A stretch of 64,000 bases of DNA from Vicugna vicugna (taxonomy: Eukaryota): NCBI GenBank assembly GCA_013265495.1, contig MU058009.1:3553780-3617779 (forward strand), in the 5' to 3' direction. Positions 37,976-48,904 of the stretch are shown here, piece after piece. Under the pieces are notes generated by a model. It was given only the letters and a program-made list of their open reading frames with translations, searched no databases and was not told the DNA's origin. The translations under genes were made by a program, and so were the position numbers. Each line of letters begins with the position of its first letter. Position 1 is the first letter of the stretch.

Positions 37976-38545
37976 AGCGTTTCATTCATTCAGTTACCCA
38001 TATTTCATCACTTTTCTTTAACCTCTGAAATGGGGTTCTAGCCTACAATGCATGACATCGTGCCATCTCTGCCTGCTGAGGGGAGAGGGTTAGCCTCCTT
38101 TGCTGCAGGGACAGACATGGTCCCACTGTCTTCACTTCCTTGAGGGACGAGCATTGTCGGTATGACCCGTGTTCATTTTAATTGCCATTTCAAATTTCTA
38201 CAAAAAATGATTCCATCAATCACATAATGACTCAGCATCGAGATAAAAGTCACACAGAAATGCATGGAGACGGAACAGGTGTAAATTTGATGACAGGCAA
38301 GTCATATTTGTCACATTTGTCACATAGGGAAGAATGACCACAACAGTCAAGGCTTTAAGAAGGAATCTGAGATAGAAAGGATGCCCACAGCGGGCATTTC
38401 GTTGTTGAGACACATAGAAACTTCAGCTTAAGGCGGAGGAACTTGCTAAGTCCTTTACAATAGAAAAAAAGATGGTACATCTATAGAGGATGATATGACC
38501 AGTTGAAAGTGTTTGGGTTTTATTTCTCATCTTATCAGTACTTAA
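37976..38545 (+). mobile_element. pogo/Tigger-like DNA transposon relic nested in L2
   Basis: ttaacctctgaaatggg subterminal-like motif; decayed transposase N-terminal HTH coding sequence including QLKAEELAKSF (38424-38456). Confidence 0.65.
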
Positions 38546-38549
38546 GTTA

Positions 38550-39470
38550 AGTATGTGTCTTAGAAGAGATCACATCTGCCATTTGTCCAAAATGGAGCCC
38601 CTTATCCCATCACCTTGCACCCCACGGAGAGGCCGTTTTTCCCTTAGTTCCTCCAGCTCACTCAATGACACCCTTCTAAACATGTTGCTTAAATGCAACA
38701 CCTAAGAATTATCTTTGTTCCTCCCTTTTCTTCACCCCTAACATCATATCTAACCGCTTTCTTGTTAGTTCTGCCTGCAGAATAAATCTCCCATCCATTT
38801 TCACCCCCTTCACTCAAATGCCTTCATCAGAGGGATCATGGCATCTTGCCTGGACCATTGCAGTAGCCAACTCTGTGGCTTCCACGCTTTCTGCCCATTC
38901 TTTACCTCATGAGCCCTTCAACCATTCTCCAAACAGCTGCCTAAATAATTTTTCAGCATAAATTAGACTTTGTCACTCCCTCCTTTTCGCTAAGAATAAA
39001 ATCCACACTCCTTCCCACAGCCCCCAAGGCTCTGAAGTCTTGGACCCTTGCCTGGCTTTCAGAGGTCCCCACATGTCACTGTCTTTCTTGCTGGCTTTGG
39101 TCCAGGATCTCCGCCTGTTTTCTGTTTCTCAAACTTGTCTTCCTTCAGGAACTTTCCATTTGCTAGGATTTCTGCTTGGAACTTGCACCCCTGGAGCCGT
39201 CCCAGGCAGGGCTGTTTCCTGTAATTCAGCCTCGGGGAGGCCTTTCCCGTCAGACTATTTAAATGTCCCCCATCCTTCTCCGCCCATCGTTCCACGCGGC
39301 TTCTCACAGAGCACCTGCGCTTTCGGAGGCTATCTTGCTAATTTGTTTACTTGCATGTCATTTATTTGTTTCAACTAAGATGTTAGCTCAGGAGAGAAGG
39401 AGCTTGCCTCCTGCGTTATTGCGTCTTGAAGAAGTAAGGTAGTGACTGGTAACCAGGAGATGATCGCCCA
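38550..39470 (+). mobile_element. L2 LINE 3' part, continuing 36700-37975
   Basis: ctggaccattgcagtagcc...ccattctccaaacagctgcc...aataaaatccacactcctt...gggaggcctttccc. Confidence 0.8.
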
Positions 39471-42400
39471 ATGATGTTAGCAGCGAGGAGGGGACAGATA
39501 GCCCACCTTTTTTCCTGGGAAGTGGTGTGTCTGAATGTAAGAGTGATACTGTCCTTCCAAAATATAAAATATAGCACCCTTCCAGAAACTGAGAAATTCG
39601 TTAAACCTCACTTACCCTCTGTTTATGTATTTGTATGGTGATCATAGAGAAATCCTCCCCTCTCTGGGATGTTTTGAGGATTCAGTGAAATAATTTATGC
39701 AAACAATCATTTTGCCAAATGGGAAGCCTTATCATACTACTCTTTGAGGACCGGATGAAAACTCTGGCCCCACGCCCGGCGCGCAGGCCCGTAGTCTAGG
39801 CAGACGCGCAGGTGTGTGCCGCCCTCTGCACCGGCAGTGCCAAGGACCACAGGTAAAGACACTTCCCCCACGAAACACCACTTGCCACCGTGCTTCACAC
39901 CGAGTCAGTTTCGAGTTGATCACAACAATTTGGAAAGCTAAGATGCTTCCTTTTTATAGCTAATGAGAGAGGACGCCACTGTGTGTTGTAAACATCGAAG
40001 GCCCTGGTCTGTCGCCAGGTCCAGGCCCTAGTTTAGCCTGAGGCCCCCTCCACTTTCTGTTTCTATCAGTGGCCTGAGGGTTTCTAGAGAATAGTTACAA
40101 GACTGGATTTAAACAAAAAATGGAAACACAAGGCCCTCCGCAGGGGACCTTCATGACTCGGTGTGTCTGTCGTGGGATTCAGTGTGTTTTCATCCTAAAT
40201 AGATCTGTGTCGTGGCCAGAAAAAGTGTCGCAAAGGGCGCCCTGAACTCCGCACTGTCTCTGCCTGTCAGTTCTTACACAAGGGCTGCGCTCGATGCCCT
40301 GGAGCCAGCACCATGGTGCGATGGTGACATTGCTGATGGCAGCACCCAGTCTGCCCACCAGCACACCCAGTGACCGGGGACAGCGAGGGGGTGTGCAAAA
40401 TGCATGTGGGAAGCGGGTGTCAGGCACAGGGGAGGCTCAGGGCACAGCCAGGGAGGCGCCCTGTTGGGGGAGAGATGGAACCCTGGGCACCTTCTCTGCT
40501 CTGGGCACAGGGCTTGTCACACTTTCTGCCGTAAGCCAAACACTCTGAGATGGTCCCAGATGGACCGGATATTGAGAGGAAGGAGCCGCGTGGTCAGAAA
40601 CCCTCCGTGGGGAATCCCGCGCAGGGCCTTTCTGGCCTCCCAGCCTGCATGCGCTGGCTCCAGGGCAGGAGGGAAGGCGACCGTGGTGAGGTCTGGACCC
40701 GCCCCTTTCTCTGAGCAGATATGCCAGGAGCATTTGGGTTAATGAACTGTGCCTTTTAATAAATGGTTCTTATCTCGCCAGAGTGGTGCTAAATTGTCAG
40801 GATTTTAAATTAACTTAATAGTTTCGTGGATGGTACTTATTCACTGGTTACTCCGGAAGGTGAACGCGGCCCCCAGCCTGGGCTTCTCATTGAATTAGGC
40901 AACAGTTAGTTACTCCATTAGGGCTTAAGGGGCAATGTCGAGGATTCATGTGCAACGCCTCACCGCCCCCCTCAGTGGGCACTGCCAGGCCCACCCTGAA
41001 CCGAAGTGGCCATTCATCATCCGGTCCCTGTGCGTTCTTCAGGCTTCTTGCCCGGGAACGGCCAGCAGGCTCTTGGAAACACCCTCCCTGCCGAAAGGGA
41101 GAGACAAAATGCACGGCTTGTCTTCCGTTTGTGCAAAGCGTTCTCTGAGACGGGCAGGCCCCTGTCCTGCCTGTGGGGAGATTATCATCCACTCGTGAGG
41201 AAGCTGCAAACACAGGAGAGAGGTAAGTCTTGGCGTTCCAGGACTTCTGAAGAGGAAGGAGAGAGGAATCCTGTCTCGGGGAAAGAAGGAATTGGAGTAG
41301 AGCCTCCAGGAGGTGACGTTTGAGCAGGGCCTTGAGAAAAAGGCATAATATTTATAAGCGTGGAGTTGTGCCGAGGAATCCGGGTGGATTTTTAATCTTA
41401 CGTTTCTCTACTTTACAACCATCAGCCTGTGGGCAAAAAGAAGGGCTGCTTTTTAAGCATTTAAGTTCTTTGCAAGAACCTTATGAGATACAAAGTAGCT
41501 TCGTTTCCATCTGACATCTCCATCTTACAGCTCAGAGACAGTGAATACTTTGCCCAAAGCCACACAGCTTTTGGCACACAAAGATTCTAACTAGACCCCA
41601 AGCGGGTTAGTAACACTGTTTTTTGGTGTCAATTCCTTTAACCAGAAATTGACTCCAGTGGGCTCACGGTCACCACGTAGCGGATTTATCTGTCCATGCA
41701 TCAGAAATCGCATTTGGGAGATAAAAAAGAAACGACTTAGCATGCAGCAAGCAAGGGCCAAGTCTGTGCAGAGCACAGTGCCCGGCGGGGCCTGAGGCAG
41801 ATGGCGAGGCGAGGACAGCATGACCTGTCCCCTCCCAGGCCATCAGGACAGGCAGAGGGGGTGGGCCACTCCTTTGCACCAGAGACACGTGTGATCCAGG
41901 ACCCAGATCACTGACGCCCGGGAGCACACGCCGGCAGGCGGGGCCCCGCTGCTGACCGCGGAGGGAGGCGTGGGGAGACCGGGAAGTCCAGGCGTCAGAG
42001 GCCGTCTGAGGAGCGGGAGGGTGGCAGGAGCCTACAGGGAGGCTGGGATGGCCCTGCCCCGTCTGCGCTCTCAGTTCAGGTCTCCTAGGCCTGGCTCTGG
42101 CCCCCGGGGGGTGCAGCGAGGGCGGAGGGGCCCCCTTCCACCGACGGGCAGCCCTGGGCCCACCCTGCTGGGAGCCTCAGGGGCCTCTGCCCAGGGCAGG
42201 GGCTCTGCGGGGCCTGCGGGAAGCAGGAAACAACCCTGTGCTTCCCGCTCCCCGGCTGCGCGGGGCCTGCTGCGCGGCTCGGCCCGTGAAGGGCCCTTCT
42301 CTCTCCCTGGGCCGACGCGGCTGCCTGGCTCCGGTCACAGAGCCTCCGCGGCGGCGCATGTGGGACGGCGGAGGCCGGAAGAAGCCTGCTGGACGGCCAG

Positions 42401-44057
42401 ACCTGCGTCTCCTTGGGCTTGCATTCCTCTGCCTGAAAAACAGAATCTCTCCTGTTTTCATCTTCTCCTCCCGTAAAAGGGGCTAATCTTTCGTTCGCAA
42501 CAGCCTCCCGCGGCAGGGAATCTCAGCAATGAATGCAGGGGGCCAGGGAGAGGCGGGGGGGGCAGCTGTGGGGAAGAGGGGGGCCGGTCAGAAAGGGAGG
42601 CTGGAGGACGTGGTGGGGGTGCTGGCCGGGGCCCCGCGGGGCCGGAAGCCTGCAAGGTGCCTCCTGGGGGGCCCGGGCTCAGAGAAGGCTGCTTTTTGGT
42701 GCAAATCCTCTCCTGTGGGCGACCAGTCAATCCAAAGGAGCGCCTTCCAGGAGGAGCCCGAGGTGAGAAGGCTCTCACCCGACCGCCTCCTGGAGCCCTC
42801 TTCCTCCTGTGACCCTCCCTGTGAGCCCCTGTGTCAAGTTCCTTTTTGTAATGATTTTGCCTTTAATAGAGTATGTCACAAACAGATTCATTATTTTCCC
42901 CAAATCTGATTGTGGTTTATTGCTTTAGAATTACATTTCTAATAAGATGCCACTTCCCAGACTAAGAACCTTCAGTGGCGCCCGGTTCTCCGGGGGCAGA
43001 ACTCCAGGCCCCGCGGCGTGGGTTAAGGGCCGCAGGCCCCGAGTGCGACAGATCCCCAGCTCATTTGCCACCAGCCCCTCCGCGGAGACACTGCACTTCC
43101 CCTACTTGGACGTGGTGATCTGATGTGACTTTGACTCCTCGGGACTTACTGCACCCTCTGTTCCCCGCCTGGCGAGTCCTTTCTTGTCCTTTAAAACTCC
43201 GGGCAAAACCATGTCCTCTGCGGGCTCAGCAGGGGGTTTCCTTGTCTGGAGACGCTCGCAGGGCGGGCCACGTGCAGCACTGATCGTGTGCGCGTCGTGT
43301 TCTCTCTTAACGATTTGTTTCGTGGACCTCTTGTCCCGCCACGAGGCTTCCTAGCACATGGAGTGTGTCTTCTTTCTAGCACACTGCCTGGGACCTAGTT
43401 GACACTGAGCACACGTCTGTGCTAAAGACTGCCAAGGATTCAATAATGTAATATAACAGCTTCCCCACCCCCAACATTCAAAGGGAGGAAAGGTGTCTGG
43501 GTTCAGTGATTTTGTTTCTTCTGGCAAGAGTGAGCGACTAGAGGGAAAGGCCTGCTGGGGGATGGAGGCGGGTCCGTGTGTGTGTGTGTGTGGCCGTTGG
43601 AACTGATGAAGCCAGCTAACAGTGAGGAGACTGCACTTAGCAACTACTGGGGGTCCTGAAATCAAGAGGGAAGGATGCTCTGCTCCCAGACTTGGAGGAG
43701 GGACCTCCCCCAGGGGTTCCAAATCTTGGCTGCAGGTGGGCACACCTTTCTGCCCACCATGCCAGATTTGCAGAGTGCAAAGTGCATTTTGGGCAAATCA
43801 GAGCACATGGCTGTCACTTTTGTACTCTTCTTCCCCAATTATGTGTTTAGAATGGAGCCCCGAGTAGTTTTATGCAGCAAAGGGAACAAGTCCACCAGCA
43901 GCATTTGTCTTACTTCTGTGCAAGGAGCTGTTGCAAATCCCCTTGCACGGCTGGGCCTGAAAACACACCTGCCTCCTCTGAGCTCCCAGCCTGGCGACCC
44001 CTGGACCCAGAGCACCCGTGTGTCCTGCCCTCTGTCATTCAGTGTCACTGCAGTTCT

Positions 44058-44191
44058 TGTTATTGTCTTAGTTGAAGTATACTTAACCTGTGTAGCACAG
44101 TGATATTATACACATATGTTCTTTTTCCATTATAGGTTATTTTAAGCTATTGAATATAGTTCTCTGTGCTGTAATGTAGGGCCTTTGTGTT
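44058..44191 (-). mobile_element. Short L1 3'-end fragment (artiodactyl type)
   Basis: ttgaagtata...ttccattataggttatt...ttgaatatagttctctgtgctgta. Confidence 0.85.
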
Positions 44192-44205
44192 TATTCTGCA
44201 ATTCT

Positions 44206-44440
44206 TTTTTTTATTTTTTAAACTTCCTTTTTAAAAATTTTAGATTTGTTTTGTCCAACTATTTTATTTTTTTAAATTTTATTTATTTTAAATTTTTATT
44301 TTTTTCATCTTTTTTGGGGGGGAGGTGATTGGGTTTATTCATTTTTTAAATGGAAGTCCTGGGGATTGAACCCAGCACTGAACCCAAGACCTCAGGCATA
44401 CTAGGCACGTGCTCTGCCACTGAGCTATGCCCTTGCCTCC
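44206..44440 (-). mobile_element. tRNA-Ala-derived SINE (Vic-1-like) with 14-bp TSD
   Basis: ctggggattgaaccc...gcacgtgctctgccactgagctat with a long T-rich tail; TSD TATTCTGCAATTCT (44192-44205) and TATTCTGAAATTCT (44441-44454). Confidence 0.9.
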
Positions 44441-46895
44441 TATTCTGAAATTCTAATAGCACCTTTCCCTTCAGTGTATTGGCCCTAAGAGTTATGTCTT
44501 TACCTCCTCCTTTTGTGACCCGTGTTAGCCTGGAAACTCCTGCCAAAGGGATGTTAGCACTAAGGAAGCAAGGCCAGCATTTCTTTTGACCTCGTGCCTA
44601 AGCCTATAGCTTCTAATCACGGGACAATGATGAATTCAGCATCCTGAGACCTGGGAAAGCCGTCAGGGAAGACCAACCATGTGGATCACCTTCCGGGTGT
44701 TTTAGTTTTGTGAAAATGACACTGTGTGGAAGGAAGGAAAACAGGAAAGAGGGAAAGAAGGAGGGGAGGAGGAAGGAAGGGAAGAAAAAGAATCAGTTGG
44801 GGGGTGATACCCGGGGAAGAAAGCAAACAGACCGAAGAGTCCGGTTACCTGGGCATTTTCAATCCAAAGCATACATTTGTCCCCCCAATACCCCCCTGTA
44901 ATCTTTGTCCCCTCGACTCCTGATAATCACCTGGAATATCAAGACAGAACTGTCCTCCCCCTCCCCCTCCACTGCTTCAAGTCAGTCATTTCGATCCTTA
45001 GCAGAAGTAGAGTTTTATTAATTCCCAAGTAATTGAAAGCAATGAATTTGTTGGTCAAATGATGTGGGTTTTCGGTGACACTCGTGTCTGACCTGCTTTC
45101 TGTGTTTAAAAGTTTACGATTTGTGCTCGGCTTATTGAGTTAATAAAATCTACAGAGCAGTTTCAGAAAAGAATACATACTTGAATGTAATTCTTGGCAA
45201 AAGCAGCTACCTCTTCACCAGGAGTGTGTGTGTGTTTCTGAATCATCAGTAATTACTAGAAAGGGAAAAAGTCTGCTTTCTTCCAGCTTGTTTAAGCAGA
45301 GGGCACTTCTGATAGAACCGTTTGGGGCGGAGGTGGTTTGGAATTCTGAGTGGAGCTTTGGCCTGGCCCAGTTACTGAGGTCATAGGCCAGAGAGCATTT
45401 AAGATGTAACAAGACGTCAGGCTGGACTGGGGAGAAAGTGAGACAGGATGGTGCCCCCTGGTTTTGTGAGGTCGGCACGTGTCTTTGCGCCCTCCATTCC
45501 CCAGCCCCTCTCGTGTGTCCACTGAGCACACCCTGGCAGTTTCTCAAGAGAGAGTGTCGGGGTACCAGGGCTATGATCATGGCAGCCACCTCGGAGAAGC
45601 CACCGCTTGCCAAAAACATTGTTACGAATGTTAGGGAAGTAATTAAAATGAACTAATCATTTCCCCCAAATATTTATGTATTGAAAGTAATTCCAACTGA
45701 TTGCCTTTAAATAGCATTTTACTCTGTTTCCGTGATAACCAGTGTGCGTGCGATGTCTTTTGCTTTCGGGATCTCCGGCCCCTGAGCGAGTGTGCCCTCT
45801 TCCTGAGCAGAGGTGAGAAGACCTAACCAACGGCCCGGCTGGGACTCCTAACCCAGAGTCGGCCCCGAGCCGCCGCATCCTCCCTCCGGAGCTGCTGTGC
45901 CAGAGCTTTGGGGAGAGCCCGGTCCTGCAGTTACAGGTGGTGGCTTCTCCCCAGGTGGGGGCCCCATGTCAGTTCATGCCTCAGCCTGGGAGAAACAGTG
46001 TCCTGAGTCAACCAGGGCAGGTACACGAACAGCTGGGTTGCCAAACCCAAGGATTTTATTATATTAAATAATAGTGCTATTATTAGATAATCACACTCTA
46101 TTAAATAATAGCGTTTGTGGCTGTCTTGTCTTTTGAAGCTGTGTGTATGTCCCCTGCTCCTGCAGGAGAGGCAGAGGCTCCTGCAGCGCGGCCCCTCCGG
46201 GACAGGCAGGGATGGTGATGAGGAGGGAGCGGTAGAGGAAGCCTGCTGGGCTCTGTGATGCTCTGGCTGTGAGAATGGGGAGGTCCTGGCCCCGGATGGT
46301 GGAGGCAAACCCAGAACAAACCCTGGTCACGCATTTGGGCACCTGGTTCGGCCCGAGCGGGCTACAGGACTTTGGGCAGGACCCACGCTTTCTGAATCCC
46401 AACTTCATCTGCTTTTTGTGCAAACAGATAGGTCTTTTTTTTTTTTTAATCTAAAGAAGCTCTTTCAGTAATAATGAATGAAATAAAAATCTTAAGTGAT
46501 ATTTTATTATCGCTTAACCGTAAGTTTATTTTCATCAGGTGTTGCATAAAGTAACTGTGAGATGGTGTCTGCGATTCGAATAAACACGGTGGTTTTGTTA
46601 GCATCCCTACTATTTTGTGTTTCATGAATCTATAGACTCATCTCTCTCGCTGATGATGGGAACATTCCAAATCTGTAGTTTCCGATACTGCCTTCTCCTG
46701 CTGTCTCTCTGTGTCTTAAACACTTGCTGGACATGATGTGGACCTTCTTGTTCTATTCTTTGTTTCTTAAAATTTCTACCACTCTTATTGGTCTCCGCTA
46801 CATTTCTGCCTAATTTTTACTTCTTTAAGGCTACCTTCCAGTTCACTGATTTCTCCTCAGTTTTGTCTAATCTAATTTTCAGTCCATCCACTGAG

Positions 46896-47139
46896 TTTTT
46901 TTTAAACTGAAGTACAGTCAAGTTATGATGTGTTAATTCAGTTATATACATGTACATATATATATATATATATATTCCTTTTCATATTCCTTACCATTAT
47001 AGGCTACTACAAGGTATTCAGTCTAGTTCCCTGTGCTGTGCCGTAGGACCTCGCTGTTCATCTGTTTTATGTGTAGTAGTGTGTGTCTACGGGGAAGTGA
47101 GGTAGGGAGGGTGAAATTGGGAGCTAGGAATTCATAGAT
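46896..47139 (-). mobile_element. Short L1 3' end with an inverted 5' segment
   Basis: 46896-47088 is antisense L1 3' UTR (ctagttccctgtgctg...taggacc); 47091-47139 is the sense copy of the adjacent upstream UTR piece (gggagggtgaaattgggag). Confidence 0.8.
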
Positions 47140-48356
47140 CCTAGCAAACGGATAGATCTTAAATGTTCTTTCCTCTTTCGACATTCTTGAATCCTGGAGA
47201 AAACTCCTCTGTGTGCAGAGAAAGGGGAGAGCGGGAGGTTCTGGTCAAAGGTGGGATAACAAGAAAAGGAGATAAACTCGGGAGAACTGTACAGTGCAGC
47301 CCCTTCCCAGACAGGGGGACAAGTGAGCGGAAGGGCCGGGCGTGGCTCCCCCGCAGCGAGGGCGGTGCCTCTGTCTCTTCCTTGCCGTCCAGGACAGAGC
47401 GGGGTCTGTCGTCTGCCCAGGCCTCCAGCACCTGCTGAGGCCCTGGGTCCCTGAGCCCAGGAAGGGGTCAGAGCTCAAGGTCAGACCAAACTCTGCCCCA
47501 TGACGGAGATGCCGTGGCAGGTTGGGGCAGCCGGCCGAGAATGCCACGTCACGCGGGCGTTTTCTTCCTGAAGCTCAGGGGCATTCAGGAGTGAGCAGGG
47601 TCCTTTGGGGGAGGACGGAGCAAGGCCAGCACTCTGAGGTCATCTGGACGCATGCACCCTTGTCTCCCATGCCCCACCCGGGCCCTTCACCCAGAGCTGA
47701 TGGTTTTTGCTGGTCTCAGCATCTGCTGTTGCCAGCGATGGAGGAGGTTCCTATTGTGTCCCTGTTCCTTCTTTAACTTCGTCAGAATCTGCGTGTCTGT
47801 TCCTCCAGTTCCAACGCCTTGCTTTCCCCATCAGTCCCGTGGTTTCCCTGATTTCTTGCAGCCTCTTTTTAACCCTTCACAGGCTTGCATGTTACTCCTT
47901 TGATCTCCAAACAGGATTGTCTGGACAATGCAGCTACCCAGGCCTTTGGAAGCAAGTTACACGTTCCCGAAGCCCACCAGGTTCCAGGCAGCCACTCCTG
48001 CCCCTTGACCCCTCTTGTGGACAATCTGGATGACTATGGGGAGCATCAAGTGTGGGCTGGGAGCTGGTCCTTCCCTGAGAGGCTGATAGGACCATTTACT
48101 GGTAGTGAGTCCGAGGGCAGGCCGTCTGGCGAAATGATAGGGGATGAAATTGAAACAGAATTGACCTGTAATCACAGACTCTTAGAAAGGATCCTAGGTG
48201 ATTTTCTAAGTCAATGGGTTGCAGACGGTTTTTAAAACTAGTGGTACCTTATAACAAGAGAACCTCTACCAGTCCCTGAATACAAAGTTTATCTGAGGCT
48301 GAACATCTGGTGAGGAACAGGGCAGGATGCAGAATCGCGGGCACCTGCCCTTTAGG

Positions 48357-48548
48357 CCAGTGGTCCTTCCTCTAAACCAGAGTCCAAGCCGGCAACTCCC
48401 GGTTGGGGAGCACTTGTTAGGAAGGCAGATTCTCAAGCCCAACTCCAGAACGACTGAACCTGAAGCTGCTGGGAGGGAACCCAGAAATCTGTTTTCTCAC
48501 CAGACCTCCAGGTGACTCTGATGCCTGACGAAGTTTGAAAGCAGCCGC
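48357..48548. mobile_element. MER5A-like MITE
   Basis: ccagtggt...cttgttaggaaggcagattctc...aatctgttttc...ctccaggtgactctgatgc...aagtttga. Confidence 0.85.
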
Positions 48549-48719
48549 CGTGGCCTGAACCATGATGCTCCTTGCACTTCCCAGTAATTTAGAATGTTCT
48601 TAGTGTGCTGTGGGTTAAAGCTGTGGGGGCTTTCTGTGTTTATTTTGGTCGTGGGGGCAGGAGGTAGGAGAGAAGATCTAAAATATGCAGAATGCCCCGA
48701 CCTTAGTTACTTTGGGTTT

Positions 48720-48904
48720 AAGGTTGACAGATTCAGCAAATAAAAACTACAGGATGCCCAGCTAAATTTATTGTTCAGATAAACAATGAAGAATTTATAG
48801 CATAAGTGTGCAATATTTGGGACACACTGATGCTAAAAAGTTGTTTGTTTTTTAACCTGAAGTCCAAATTTAATCAGGCATCCTGTGTTTTATCGCCAGC
48901 CATA
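48720..48904. mobile_element. MER53-like palindromic MITE
   Basis: ggttgacagattcagcaaataaaaactacaggatgcccagctaaattt...aaatttaatcaggcatcctgtgttttat. Confidence 0.9.

Noticed and set aside
37031..37977. 217-aa and 246-aa ORFs
   Set aside because: Ser/Pro/Leu-rich frames over a decayed pyrimidine-rich L2; not intact genes
40304..40320. 12-bp palindrome GCACCATGGTGC as an RE1 site
   Set aside because: It lacks the GGACAG right half, and a palindrome this short can arise by chance in 64 kb
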